Positions 22,193-34,990 are shown, numbered from the whole stretch's first letter. The stretch is 63,550 nt of DNA, filler included, from Stramenopiles sp. TOSAG23-3 (GCA_900128585.1; 52 parts of 52 records of this genome joined end to end with filler, not necessarily neighbours in it), one strand, 5' to 3'. A program made the numbers and translations. Notes: a model not told the origin generated them from the letters alone.

Positions 22193-23319
22193 AACCACTA
22201 AGTAATTTGCATAAACGGGTTGAATTATCGTTCCTCGTATCATTGTTATCGCCTAATACATACACGGTAAAGCCATATTTTTCTTTCGTAATTACAAAGC
22301 CAATTTTTTCAATAGAAAATGCAGCCCATGATCTATACAATTCCGAGCCGTTCTCTTCCAGATCTTTAGATGAAAAGCTTCGTGCAATATTTTTAGGAGA
22401 ATTGATGTTTATTTCTGCTAATGTTGTTAACCGTGCAGCGTTTGGAGGAGCTATATCCATTTGTTGCAGTTGCAAGGAAAAATTATACTCCAAAGCCACA
22501 ACTAAAAATCGACCAAAGATGCCATTTGGTACAAAATCTTTAAAAGAAATTTCTATAACCTTGTTTTTATTCGAAGTCTCACTATTTATTTTACTAAGAA
22601 TTGTTGCTTTCAACCTTTCATTACTTGGCAACAAATTTGGCACCATATATTCCAACAGAATGGAACCTTCTGCAGGAATTTTTAGCGGTACAATCAAGGC
22701 AAAAGTTTGCATCAATGTTAACAGAAATTGTAGATTTGGCCTATCACCTCTCCACAAATGTCGCAATAAACGTTTACTTAAAATTCCTCTAGTAGTCAAT
22801 TCAGTCCATTCTGCTGACATGGACATTGCTATTTGATCACGTGCCCTGGAATGCAACGCGGCTTCAGCACTGTACTCTCGTATAACGTCAGATATACGAT
22901 CAACAATCCACTGTGGGTCTAAGATAACTAATTTATTTAATTCCCCCCGATTTCCATAGTAAATGACTACACCTAGTTCATGAAAATGCTCCAACATGGC
23001 TTTTACTTCATCTTTATCAATTATTCCAGCTTCCCGGCTCAGATCACAAACTTCATCAAAACTCAAATGTGCTATTTGTCGACTTTTCTTCTTTAATTCA
23101 TCACAAACTTTCATCCATGGCATCGGATATTCATCTTGTATATACGATTCTTCTGCTATGGCTTGTGCCGCTTTGTTTCGCACACGTTTTATTATCTCAT
23201 CATTATTATCCGTATTATCAACAGGGAAGAAACATAAAGTGTCTTCATCGTTTTGTATAATTCTCTGATCTTTAAAATGATTCGAAAATTCTAACTTTAA
23301 TTTTTCAGATATTTCACGA
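22193..23319 (-). CDS. Roco family protein (end of ROC GTPase plus COR domain), internal fragment
   Basis: LCFFPVDN upstream of the listed start; P.PW...MLEHFHELGVVIYYG...LVILDPQWIVD; YMVPNLLP; VPNGIFGRF. Confidence 0.88.
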
Positions 23320-23420
23320 TNNNNNNNNNNNNNNNNNNNNNNNNNNNNNNNNNNNNNNNNNNNNTTAATTAATTAANNNNNNNNNNNNNNNNNNNNNNNN
23401 NNNNNNNNNNNNNNNNNNNN

Positions 23421-23669
23421 AAAATCTTCGGGTATGTTGTCTGCCATACGGGGTCCCGCGAAACCGTTGGACTGCTCAAAGGCGTTCTCCGTGCCACCAA
23501 TGATTCGTTCTCGTCTTCTTCCCAAGCCCGTAAACCTCGAAGGGTAAATTTCTGGGCCTGAAAGTCCACCTCTGTGAACATAAAATAAAATGTACAATAC
23601 CACAGCAGCCGTAAACCTCTGCCACGGCCCGCACACGACGTCGTTGCGGGACACAAATGCACGAATCAT
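23421..23669 (-). CDS. Possible trypsin-family serine protease N-terminus
   Basis: Hydrophobic anchor followed by RRRER-IIGG zymogen activation motif; catalytic residues not in the contig. Confidence 0.5.
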
Positions 23670-24648
23670 GTCGGGAGAAACTGAGTGGGTTTGCAAGTTT
23701 GGTGGAGATTCCAAGACCTGCCATCAGAAGGCACAAACACATTAGAGGCAGGCCCAATTAACTTGTGAAATAAATAAAATAGCCGTAGTATACTGGACAT
23801 CACAAAATGATAAAACAAGCAACAATAATAATAGAATCAAACATCGTAGTTTTTATAAAAAATAATAATAATAATAATAATATAATAATAATTTTAGGAC
23901 GACGAACCGACGATGACGACGACGACGGCAACAAAGAACAAAGATGAAAAAAAAGCTTTGCTGCGTTTCTATTCCATCTATTTTAAATATATTAGACGAC
24001 TATTATGGCTGCTGCTGCTTTCTTATTTGTATTTATTATTCTATAGAAGACACTATAATATTACATAAAATAACTATAAGCTAATAGGACTAATATTTAT
24101 AATTACTGTTAGAAAACCGCTTTTCTAAGAGTTGATATTTTTTATTTTAGATTATATTAATACTTAATAATAATATTACTGTATAAATATTAATATTAAT
24201 ACGAGGAGTCCAGATAAAATTCTGCCAAGAGCGTTTAAAGTTTAAAGCTTCGTATTCATACAATAAATACGAGGACTCCACAGCCGTCAATACATTGGAA
24301 CAGCGTTGCATTTCTTTTCGAAGAGCGTTTAACTTTATTTTTGATAACGGCAGCTGTTCAATAAGATAGGATTAGCACTGCAACTCATTCATTTTTTTCG
24401 TTCTTTTTTTACGGTACAAGGGGATATTAACCCTCCCTCTGCTGCTGATGATGATAATATTTAATATTTTTTTTTGAATAATTATTTGTTATTATTTTAA
24501 GCTATAGAGACTATATAGATTGGTGGTGGTGGTGGTTGTGTTTCACATNNNNNNNNNNNNNNNNNNNNNNNNNNNNNNNNNNNNNNNNNNNNTTAATTAA
24601 TTAANNNNNNNNNNNNNNNNNNNNNNNNNNNNNNNNNNNNNNNNNNNN

Positions 24649-25775
24649 CGTGGTTGTCGTCGCGGAATTAGAATGTTCCGGCGCGCGTTTCCGTGTTCGC
24701 AGTCAAAATGGATATGGGTGTGTTTTTGCGCAATCATGGCCATTGCAGTAGCTTTTATTAAGGATATAGGACTGCCACGGCAGTTTACCTTTTTTTCTGC
24801 AGATATCCCAAAGGGTAACCGAAACTACAAAGCTTTTGTATTGTTTGCCATTGTAGCACTTCTGTGTAGTGCAGTGCTCGTAGGAACAATGTATATGGTC
24901 CAGAGATTGTCGCTATCGTTCCGCTGGGGTTTGCAAGTGGGGCTTCATTCCTTGTACTTTCAAGGCAGTCGCATATACGATATGAACAATTTGAAGAGCG
25001 ATGAGGTGGACAATGTTGACCAAAGATTAACGACAGATTTGAGCCTCTTTACATCATCTTCTTTTTCCCCATCGATCGGTGCGAGCATAAACCAACTTAG
25101 TTTGGCCGGCTCCGTGTTTGTTCTCGGTGGGGCATTACAGCAAGTGCTCGCGAAGGGAGCCTCATGGTACCATTTGATATTAATATTTTGGTCTGTGATG
25201 TGGACCATTGTATTATTTTACATTGTAAACAGGATATCCGTTCGTACAAATTCAAAGCAGGAGAGTGAAGGGGAATTTCGCATTGCGCATGCGAGGGCTG
25301 TTGAATTTTCCGAATCCATTGCTTTTTATTGTGGGGAGAGCAACGAACTGGAGAACACCGAAGCAAAATACCGACGTTTGGAGTCATCATACACCGCGTA
25401 TCTTCCATGGGTTTATGCACTGCAGGGACTTAGCTTCTTTTTAGGTAAATCAAGTGTCATTGTCGCGGCCTCTGTTTACGCTTTACAATCGTCGTGCACG
25501 CCAGAGGCGCCCCCACCCGCACAAGAATCCATATTTCTGCTAATCATGTACGCCACTATCATGAAAGGTATAATGGCGCTAATCAACGCCGTCCCAATGC
25601 TAGGACCGGCTGCTGGCTTCGCCAATCGCGTTGGTAAACTGTTTGAAGTCATGGATGACTTGGTTTTTTCAGAGGCACGACAGAAAATTCAACGCGCAGG
25701 AAGAATTTTATCCAACCCGAACGAGATTGTGGTTGAACACTTGACCTGCGCTACCCCAGACAACAGTAAAGTTCT
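24649..25775 (+). CDS. ABCD-family ABC transporter transmembrane domain
   Basis: DNVDQRLTTD; EGEFRIAHARAVEFSESIAFYCG (EAA motif); AGFANRVGKLFEV; LTCATPD start of NBD. Confidence 0.93.
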
Positions 25776-26066
25776 NNNNNNNNNNNNNNNNNNNNNNNNN
25801 NNNNNNNNNNNNNNNNNNNTTAATTAATTAANNNNNNNNNNNNNNNNNNNNNNNNNNNNNNNNNNNNNNNNNNNNAACAACAAACATGCAAGCAAGATGA
25901 GATATCGTTTCTCTGACTCATACATAGTCGTTCGCGTTGTCTTTTCTTCGTTACAATTATTTTTATCAGAAACATAGCATATAGCATACCAATAGGAAGG
26001 AACGAACTCCCCCCAAAACTAAAAAATAAAAAAATATTTTTATTATTATTATATTATTTTCCTCAT

Positions 26067-26104
26067 TATTCATTCATTCATTCATTCATTCATTCATTCG
26101 TTCA
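26067..26104 (+). repeat. (TTCA)n microsatellite
   Basis: Direct reading; another at ~50302-50338. Confidence 0.9.
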
Positions 26105-26852
26105 TCAAAACTGCCGTTAATTAATTAAATTTATTATATATAGACGACTATAAATATAATATTACGTATTATACTGTAATAATATTAAATATCAAAACCT
26201 TATGTACACTAATCCGACTCATTTATATTATAAAATTAGTCTAATTATAATATACGACTTTTATTTATTTTATTTTTATTTTTTATTTTTAATGGTTAGT
26301 TAGTCTAGTTATGGCATTTAAGTTGTATTTTTTATTAATTTGTAGAAAGAAAGAAAGAAAGAAAAAAGAAAGATTTAATAATCCAAGTATGTTGTAGCTA
26401 TTATTATATAGTTTATACTTTTTGCTCGCGGCCATAATAGTCCATGTTGGTTTGTTATTAATAGTATAATATTATAATACATTAAATAGTGTACAAGTCC
26501 GACAAAAGAAGGTGTTTAAATAATAGTTAATTATTATTATTGAATAAAAATAAAAAAATAATAATATTTTTTTATTTTTTAAAATTATTATTATTAATAC
26601 AGTATTAAAATAATATTATTATATAATTGTGTTGTGATTTTGTTGTTTTATTATATTATTAATGAAATATTAGAAAAAAGAAAACAGTTGTTATATATGA
26701 ATTCTTTTCTCTCTCTCTCTCTTTCATTTCGTTCGATTGCATTCGGTCGACAGCCCTGTCCAGTGCTTTTAGAATATATACATACGCATATATACATACA
26801 TATAAACATACAAAAGGGCAAGGTTTCCATCCAATTCAATACAACTAACAAC

Positions 26853-27001
26853 ATGGGTGCTGGTGCGTCAACCAATGTTCCTGGTGTACAAGGTGCGAAC
26901 GTCAAGACATACTATGGTCCGAAGACGGAGATGGACAAGAGCGTGGTAGAAGCCATTCAACTTGCAAAGCAGGCTAGAGATGAAGAAGAGAACCAAGTCC
27001 C
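26853..27001 (+). CDS. N-terminus of a putatively N-myristoylated protein
   Basis: MGAGAS (MGxxxS) after a long AT-rich region. Confidence 0.65.
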
Positions 27002-27101
27002 NNNNNNNNNNNNNNNNNNNNNNNNNNNNNNNNNNNNNNNNNNNNTTAATTAATTAANNNNNNNNNNNNNNNNNNNNNNNNNNNNNNNNNNNNNNNNNNN
27101 N

Positions 27102-28227
27102 ATCGGACAGGCGATGGGGAAACGAATCATGAACTGCAACGGTATTCCGCCGTACGACGACGGGGTCACCAGCAACGGAAAGACCCTGGGGCCCAAGCAA
27201 GGCACGGGGAACGAGCCGTTTACGCTGAAAGAAGACACAGGCGACAAGACGTCCATCAAAGTACGGTGCCCCCCAGGGTGCGCTACCACGGACAGCCTGG
27301 TGGGGCCGATATATGGAAACATGACCTATGTCGACCAGAGCGTCATTTGCAAGGCCGCGATCCACGCAGGGGCGATAACAAGAGCGGAGGGGGGGATGTT
27401 TCAGCTGATTGTCGAGCGGGGGCTCAAGGAGTACCCTGGGACCACCCAGAACGACGTGGTCAGCACCGAGTGGACCTCTCCCCGGGGTCGCAAAGACTGG
27501 TACAGAAGTTTCTCATTCGATGCATGGTTTGACAGTTTCGTCCAAACCGAAACCGTTGCCGGCGTGCCCACCGCGTTCCAAACAAACAACCGTGGAAAGA
27601 CGGACGACATCCAGCCCCCGCAAGAGGCCAAGTTCAACGGTTTGGTCGACGTGGCCGTCGAGGACGATACGTCCCTCACGAACGGGACCTTTCTTTACAT
27701 TCTCGATCAGAACAACCACCGAATCATGGTGATGACGGCAGTGTGCAGCAAGCTGTGCGAAAACGGGGGCGTCTGCGTCAAGCCAGAGGTGTGCCAATGC
27801 GCAGCAGGATGGGACGGGCAAGACTGTACTGTTCCGGTGTGCAGCAGCGCCTGCCCCGACCGGAGTGTCTGCGTGGCCCCGGACGTGTGCGGCTGCATCC
27901 CAGGGTGGCAAAACCCGGACGAAACGCGCCTGTTCATTAAGCAGCCGAATGCGGGGGCGAGCAGTCCGTACTACGTTGCGCTTATAACGGACAACAATAC
28001 AATGGTGGTCCCGTCGGCCAGGCTGGCCACGTCGATCCCAAACAACGACGTCTGCAACAAGCCTATGTGTGTCCAGGAGTGCATCCATGGGGCGTGCACA
28101 ATGCCCGACACCTGCACGTGCGACAGCGGGTGGTTTGATCCAAACTGTACGTCCCCGGTCTGCTCCCAAACGTGTGGGAACGGTGGAAATTGCACGTCAC
28201 CGAATGTCTGCACTTGCCCCAGTGACT
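27102..28227 (+). CDS. Extracellular protein with LCCL domain, NHL-like segment and EGF repeats
   Basis: CPPGC...IYGNMTYVDQSVICKAAIHAG (LCCL); LYILDQNNHRI; CENGGVCVKPEVCQCAAGWDGQDC repeats. Confidence 0.9.
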
Positions 28228-28327
28228 NNNNNNNNNNNNNNNNNNNNNNNNNNNNNNNNNNNNNNNNNNNNTTAATTAATTAANNNNNNNNNNNNNNNNN
28301 NNNNNNNNNNNNNNNNNNNNNNNNNNN

Positions 28328-29428
28328 CTGAGGAAGCGGATTGCCACGTTGACGGAGTTCATGCACCAGGCGGGGCGGGAGGGGCGCAACGAACGGGTCC
28401 TCATCAGCAAGTTGGTCATGCGGATGCGAAAGCTACTCTTAGATTTACAGAAACAGGTCTTTCCAGGGTCGTCGCAGAGCACGGCGCCGCCGGAAAAGGC
28501 CATGCCGGTGGACGGAGGCGAGCGGGTCTCTGTCGCCGAGTTTGTAGAGAACAAGGAAACGGCCCTGTCGCGGTCGCGGCGGGACGGACACCAGACCCCG
28601 AAAATGGAGATTCACGAACGCCTTTTTCGCTCGAGGACGAAATCGATGATCATTTCGGAGACCATGCAGGCCAAGCTGGGGGAGAACTCCCCGGAGGCCC
28701 AGGAAAGGCTCAAACGGACCTTTCATACCACCTTGAGGAACGGGGCCAGCCCCGACCAGTCTCGCTCGAGCCCCCAGGGGACCAGCTCTCGGCTCGCCAA
28801 GGAATGGCGGTCCGGGCGGGCAGGGGCTTCTCCTGCGCAGGACGTCAGCCCGAGAGGTGGGGACCCGCACCCAAAGCGGTACACGAAGAAGAAGAAAACG
28901 CCGACCGGCCCGAAGGCGCCCCCCCGGGCCCTCTACCATTGGGAGGAAGGGTACACGGAGCAGCAAGAGCAGGACTTGGCGCAGGAGCGGATGGATCGGG
29001 AAGAGAAGTACTTCCACCCCCAAAACCACGCCAAGGCGCTGCGGAAAATCGCGAAAGACCCGACCTTTAAAACGAAGCATCACAACATTGGGTTCGGCAG
29101 GAAGTTGGCCCCGAAGGGTACGGTCAGGTTCGACCCGAAATCGTCCCTTTACACCTCGCAGTACGGGAGCCACGAAAGGAAGCGGTCGAAGAAGCACGGG
29201 ACCATGGAAATCTTGATGGACTTTCAGATCAGACTGACAAAGGAAGAGTACGAGACGTACAAAATGCTTGCTCTGAGCGTGCCAGTTGAGCGGAGCACCC
29301 TGCACCGGCAAGCGGTGCAAGAGGCCGCCGTCCAGGCGACGCGAAGGCTCTCGAACGCGGGGCTTCCCACGGACATCGACGAGCTCGCAGCCGTGTCCGC
29401 CCCAGGGTCCACCGCGGTCTTGGTTTAA
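28328..29428 (+). CDS. Hypothetical low-complexity protein, C-terminal fragment
   Basis: Long GC3-rich open frame. Confidence 0.7.
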   Translation: MRKRIATLTEFMHQAGREGRNERVLISKLVMRMRKLLLDLQKQVFPGSSQSTAPPEKAMPVDGGERVSVAEFVENKETALSRSRRDGHQTPKMEIHERLFRSRTKSMIISETMQAKLGENSPEAQERLKRTFHTTLRNGASPDQSRSSPQGTSSRLAKEWRSGRAGASPAQDVSPRGGDPHPKRYTKKKKTPTGPKAPPRALYHWEEGYTEQQEQDLAQERMDREEKYFHPQNHAKALRKIAKDPTFKTKHHNIGFGRKLAPKGTVRFDPKSSLYTSQYGSHERKRSKKHGTMEILMDFQIRLTKEEYETYKMLALSVPVERSTLHRQAVQEAAVQATRRLSNAGLPTDIDELAAVSAPGSTAVLV

Positions 29429-29553
29429 GACGGCACGCCCCGCGGCAGGCAGGNNNNNNNNNNNNNNNNNNNNNNNNNNNNNNNNNNNNNNNNNNNNTTA
29501 ATTAATTAANNNNNNNNNNNNNNNNNNNNNNNNNNNNNNNNNNNNNNNNNNNN

Positions 29554-30012
29554 GTCTACATAAACTGGGTGAAGATCCATCAATTGAGCCCAGAGTTGAA
29601 ATTGCAGCCGCAGTCAAAAGTTATGTTTCAAATAAACAGTAAGACTTTGGAGGAGGCCAAAACAGCAAAACTATACCTAGACGAAATCGATCAGGCAGTG
29701 GGTTACAACATCACCTTGGGCAAGACAGAGGCCACGGAGAACCAGAATAGCACGCTGCGGGTAGACACAATAACGAACGATTTCCTCACTTTGCTTCAGA
29801 AGAATTTTGAACGCTTTGGAAAGGACTTGATGCCAACCGGGGTTGGAAGACTCACCTATGCGCGCATAATAGAATATCCTGCGCTAACTCCCAAGTCCCA
29901 ACAGTTTCTCTACACAGTGCAAGCCATTTGCTTTTCTGTTGGCATATTTACAGTACTAGTTTCACTGATCAATGAGAAAGGATGGGACCCGCTTCCCGAT
30001 AAATACGCGTAA
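29554..30012 (+). CDS. Hypothetical protein with C-terminal TM helix, fragment
   Basis: FLYTVQAICFSVGIFTVLVSLI near the stop; AT-rich downstream. Confidence 0.65.
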   Translation, partial: VYINWVKIHQLSPELKLQPQSKVMFQINSKTLEEAKTAKLYLDEIDQAVGYNITLGKTEATENQNSTLRVDTITNDFLTLLQKNFERFGKDLMPTGVGRLTYARIIEYPALTPKSQQFLYTVQAICFSVGIFTVLVSLINEKGWDPLPDKYA

Positions 30013-30358
30013 AAGAAGTGTGTTGAGGGCGAGAACACTGGGGTTAAATGTAAATTGGAAGAGAGGAAGAAAAAGACCAGTATGTATAAAAAAAACACAA
30101 TGTTATAAACAGTCACTATATAATTTGTTTGTAAACAGTCATAATAATAAAAAAGAGAAAAATAATATATTGTGTATATATTTTCAAGATAAAATATATT
30201 TTCATATTATAACAACCAATTTTCTTGTTTTCAATAAAATAATTTCAAAAAAGATTTTGCCTTTTATACCCTTTGCCCTTAATAATGATTGCTGTACAGT
30301 AATATCCCCATAAAAAAATTAACAGAATGCAAATTTTAGTAAATCGTGCGTATTTTAT

Positions 30359-30678
30359 TCAGCCTTGAAACCAACTGATCAAAGCCAAGTCTGCGATGGC
30401 CATGTGTAATTTCTCTGACAACACTTCCCAGGTGTTGTTTCGGGGATCGTACACCTCAAAGTGATCGCTATAAGTCTCCGCAACGAAACCGCCCAACATT
30501 TCGACAGTTGATCCACCGGCTGCCCAAAACTTTCCATCTGGGCCAAACGCAGCGCTCGTGTAGCCCTTCTCGTACGTCATAGGTGCCAATAACTGCCATG
30601 AGCCCTCCCTTGGATCGTATCGTTCCAAGCTTTTGTGGCCTACGCCTCCATTAGGGCTACCTCCAACCGCATAAATGC
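30359..30678 (-). CDS. Kelch-repeat protein C-terminus
   Basis: ERYDPREGSWQLLAPM, FWAAGG, EVYDPRNNTWE. Confidence 0.9.
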
Positions 30679-30778
30679 NNNNNNNNNNNNNNNNNNNNNN
30701 NNNNNNNNNNNNNNNNNNNNNNTTAATTAATTAANNNNNNNNNNNNNNNNNNNNNNNNNNNNNNNNNNNNNNNNNNNN

Positions 30779-31903
30779 GAAAAGTCCAGAAACGGGTCAC
30801 TAATTTTTCTTTCAACAAGAGAGAGACCAGCCAGAAAATTCCAAGCATAGCGAAGCGTTCCCACTCTATCCACGACCAGTTGTGGAAGTCAGCCCCCAGA
30901 GAGTACGGTTCCAGAGTGTCTGTGCCGGCGAGTCGGACATTCGAAAAATCGAAAACAACACCCTGTGCTTCAAGGCCAGCTGAAAAACATTCTGGTGTGA
31001 ACGAGATGCCAACCCCAAGCGCGGAAACGACCGAAGAGCCACGAAAGCCCAATGGCCCGAGCGTCAACGATGCAACGTACGCTGCGGTCCACACGTGCCT
31101 GCGAATGGTCAACGAACTGGACAATTTTGAAGGCCTTCGTCTGCATGTGGGTATTGGGATGGGAAAGACATTTTTCATGCACGTTGGTGGTGTGCTAAAC
31201 AGGTACGAGTTCGTCATGGCGGGGGAGGCGTTGGTTCAAATGTCCCTCGCGGAAGACCACGCGAAAGCGGGAGACCTGTGCGTCAGCGGAAGAGTATGGG
31301 ATCATGTGGAGCGTTGGTGCATCGGCCACCCCTCGTTGAAGTCAATGACAAGCCCACTGGCAAGCGAAGATGATATTATGGGAATGTCAGGCGCAGGCGA
31401 TGGGGGGAACAATACCACCACGCCAGTGCACGCCGTGTTTGGGACAGTGGCAAAGTTGTATTCAGCCCCGAGTGAGCGCCGGTGGAAGAAGTGGGACCGA
31501 GAGCGTCACCATAGGCTACAAGGAAGCTACGACATGCAGCTGCCGCTGAAGCTGTGCGATCGGTTGCTGTCTTACATTCCTGGAGCAGTGAGGGACGTGT
31601 TGATAAAGCTGCACATTGACGCCTTTCGCGCATCGTCTCTGGCTTCCACAAACGTCGTCAAGTACGACAAGGCAAGGCTTTTTCAGTTTCGGCAGGTGTC
31701 CGTACTTTTCGTCAACCTTCCTGGAATTGACTACAGCGCCGAAAGTGGCTCCGTCTTGAGGACACTTCAAACCGCCCTGACGTGCATGCAAGAGGCACTG
31801 TTTGAATTAGAAGGCTCGTTGCGGCAGTTCATAATGGACGACAAAGGCACTACCCTGATTGGTGTTTTCGGATTGTACCCCGCGCACGACAACGACGGCT
31901 ACT
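30779..31903 (+). CDS. Soluble adenylate cyclase (ADCY10/sAC-like), catalytic fragment
   Basis: LRLHVGIGMG...HVGG...RYEFVMAG; RQVSVLFVNL; GSLRQFIMDDKGTTLIGVFGL. Confidence 0.9.
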
Positions 31904-32003
31904 NNNNNNNNNNNNNNNNNNNNNNNNNNNNNNNNNNNNNNNNNNNNTTAATTAATTAANNNNNNNNNNNNNNNNNNNNNNNNNNNNNNNNNNNNNNNNN
32001 NNN

Positions 32004-33128
32004 GTCGTGTACACGGACTACCGGCCGACGCCGCTGCAGCACTACATGTTCCCGATGGGGGGGGAAGGCGTCCATCTGATCGTAGACGAGAAGGGAAAGT
32101 TCCGGGACGACAACTTCGCAAAGGCGATGCACAAGCTCGGCGAGGGGGAGATCGAGGCCAAGCTGGGCCTGCACGGCGGGGACCGGGGCGTGGGGAAGAG
32201 CAAGGCGGGCAGGGAGCCCGCCGGGGGGAAGCGCCGCTCCCGGGGGAACGTCGCGGCGGACTTGGTGCGGATCGTCGACATGGTCATGTCGCGCAACTAC
32301 GACCCCGTCATCGTGTTCAGCTTCAGCAAGCGGGAGTGCGAGGTCTACGCCAACTCGCTCATGCGCAAAAATTTTGACTTCAACGACAGCAACGCAAAGC
32401 AGGCGATCACGCAAATATTTCGGGCCGCGATCGAGAACCTGTCCGAGGACGACCGAAAGCTGCCCCAGGTGGAGCACATGCTCCCCCTGCTCAAGCGGGG
32501 GATAGGGATCCACCACGGCGGCCTGGTGCCGCTGGTGAAGGAAGTCGTCGAGCTGCTGTTCCAGGAAAGGCTGCTGAAGTGCCTGTTTGCCACGGAGACG
32601 TTTGCGATGGGGATCAACATGCCCAGCAAAACCGTTGTCTTCAGCAACACCCGCAAGTTCGACGGGACGGACTTTCGGTTCGTCACCGCGGGGGAGTACA
32701 TCCAGATGAGCGGGCGCGCCGGGCGCCGGGGGATCGACGACCGGGGGATAGTGATCCAGATGATAGACGAGAAGATCGAGCCCGAGGCGGCCAGGGAAAT
32801 GCTCAAGGGCGCTGCGGACCCGCTCCAGAGCTCCTTTCACCTCGGGTACAACATGCTCTTGAACATGCTCCGCGTGGAGGAGATCGACATCAACTTTTTG
32901 GTGAAAATGTCGCTGCGCCAGCACCAGAACGAGATTCGCCGCCCCGGCCTCGAGGAGGCCCAGGCAAAGATGGTCCAGGAGCGGGACGCGATGGAGATCG
33001 AGTACGAGTCGATCGTGGCGGGGGACTTCAAGCTGGAGCGGGAGTACGACGCGGTGCGCGCCCGGCTGTCGTCGGTCATTTCGCAGCCGTCCAACTGCAT
33101 GCCGTTCATCACCCCCGGGAGGCTGCTC
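32004..33128 (+). CDS. MTR4: MTR4/SKIV2L2 exosome RNA helicase, internal fragment
   Basis: VYTDYRPTPLQHY, PVIVFSFSKRECE, RGIGIHHGGL, LFATETFAMGINMP, EYIQMSGRAGRRG, SSFHLGYNMLLN. Confidence 0.96.
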
Positions 33129-33228
33129 NNNNNNNNNNNNNNNNNNNNNNNNNNNNNNNNNNNNNNNNNNNNTTAATTAATTAANNNNNNNNNNNNNNNN
33201 NNNNNNNNNNNNNNNNNNNNNNNNNNNN

Positions 33229-34351
33229 GATACTGAAGAAACGGAAATGTATTCGGCGTGGACAATCTTATCCCCAAATCGGCAAAACACTGAGTCACTT
33301 TCCATAAAATTCGAACCCTGCACAGTCACATTTGTACCCCCAGATATTGGACCACTTCGGGGTTGCACTGAATGTATTTGAGCAGCGCGAATGTATGTAT
33401 ACTTCACATCGGCAACAGAAAAATCGACACGATTGTTTGATATTGAAAATTCTACTTCTTCTGCAAAATGGGCAGGTGATACGCACTCTATATGAGTCGG
33501 GCTGATGTATATTCCATACACTGCAACCTTTCCAAATTTACAAGTCAAAAATGTCGAATTGATAAACCCTGTTCCATACACCTGAATTTTAGTATTGCCG
33601 AGCATCGAGCCTTTCGGTGGGGCAAGCTGTGTCACAGCCGCCCGGCTATGAAAAGCAAACATCATCGAGTCGGTACTGTACTGTTGACGATTTGAGCTAA
33701 CCTTAACCAGAACATCACCGGGGTGATATGACGGAGTTATGCATGTTAGCGCCGAAGGGGCTATCCATTTAGCAGGTACAAATATGTTGCCATCAAAGAT
33801 ACAACTCAAGTCGTCAGTATCAATGAAATTTGCCCCGTTCACAGTTATTGTCGAATTTCCCTCTTCGGGTCCACTTGCAGGATATACCCCAAGGATACTA
33901 GGCAAAGCGACGACCGAAAACTGAACTCCATTAGCAGTAAAATCTACACCGTTATAACTTACTTCTACACTGGCGTAACCAAGGTCCAACGATGGCGAAA
34001 TACATTGCACCTTTGATTCAGACAACACAGCGGCTTTGACTGTGTGTACACCCCCAAACCTACAAACGATATTCTCACCAAAGTAATTTCTACCATGAAT
34101 AGTTATCACCGTCCCCCCTGTTTCAGGACCATGGTTCGGCGAAATGAACTCTACTGCTGGGTTTTCCATGTACGAGTACTGCACACAACCAGACGTAAAA
34201 TCAATGCCATTGTTCGATACTTGCACACACACATCGCCAACAGCGTGCCCTGGCGTGCTGCAGATTACACGCGTTTCATTCACGTATGACAACGGGGGAG
34301 AAACAATTTTCCCAAATTTACAACGGAAACTTGATGTATTCAAAAAACCTG
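33229..34351 (-). CDS. Tandem IPT/TIG-repeat protein, internal fragment
   Basis: Four or more ~85-aa units P..GP..GGT.ITV.G.NF...C.FG...C.SP...VS.N..DF. Confidence 0.93.
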
Positions 34352-34638
34352 NNNNNNNNNNNNNNNNNNNNNNNNNNNNNNNNNNNNNNNNNNNNTTAAT
34401 TAATTAANNNNNNNNNNNNNNNNNNNNNNNNNNNNNNNNNNNNNNNNNNNNTTGAAACGTTGTGTATTTCTTTTGGGCAGACGGAGCACGTACTGTTTAA
34501 GTATACATCCATACCTATATAAACCAATCCTAAAACCACATTGAGAAATCCTAAAGCGGCGGAGCTCACCCCATTGTATTCCATGTACCGTAATGCTATC
34601 TAGTATACCAATGATATGTACATGTATATCACGAACCA

Positions 34639-34990
34639 ATGCTATTTAGTATACCATGATGTGTGCATGTTTCTTGAAACGACGGCGCTCTTTTCTGGGA
34701 TATTTTGGTATTCTTTGGGGCCGTACATGTATAAAAACTTTCCTATCAAGGTTTTTTAAAAAGGTGTTTTTTTTATTTTTTAAAAAACCGAATTCTTGAA
34801 ACGACGGAGGTCAGTGAGCGCCGTCGTTTCAAGAAATGACTTTTTTGAAAATATTTTTTTTTGTTTTTTTAACTACCTTGATAGGTAACAAATATGTATA
34901 TGTATGGTCTAAAAGAATACCAAAATATCCCAGAAAAGAGCGCCGTCGTTTCAAGCAACAGGTACACATCAAGGCTATACTACACAGCAT
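34639..34990. mobile_element. Nested foldback/MITE-like palindromic element
   Basis: Left half matches the reverse complement of the right half; four copies of TTGAAACGACGG; central hairpin 34793-34835. Confidence 0.75.

Noticed and set aside
24197-24336. Short paired repeats (AATACGAGGA.TCC and AAGAGCGTTTAA, twice each)
   Set aside because: Only two degenerate copies with unequal spacing; insufficient to define an element
28445-32924. Long antisense ORFs (28445..29320, 31956..32924 and similar)
   Set aside because: Shadows of GC3-rich sense genes; no protein-like motifs
4682-33128. Co-occurrence of NOP53 (Mtr4-binding motif) and MTR4, or any other operon-like cluster
   Set aside because: Different contigs ordered only by length; proximity is accidental
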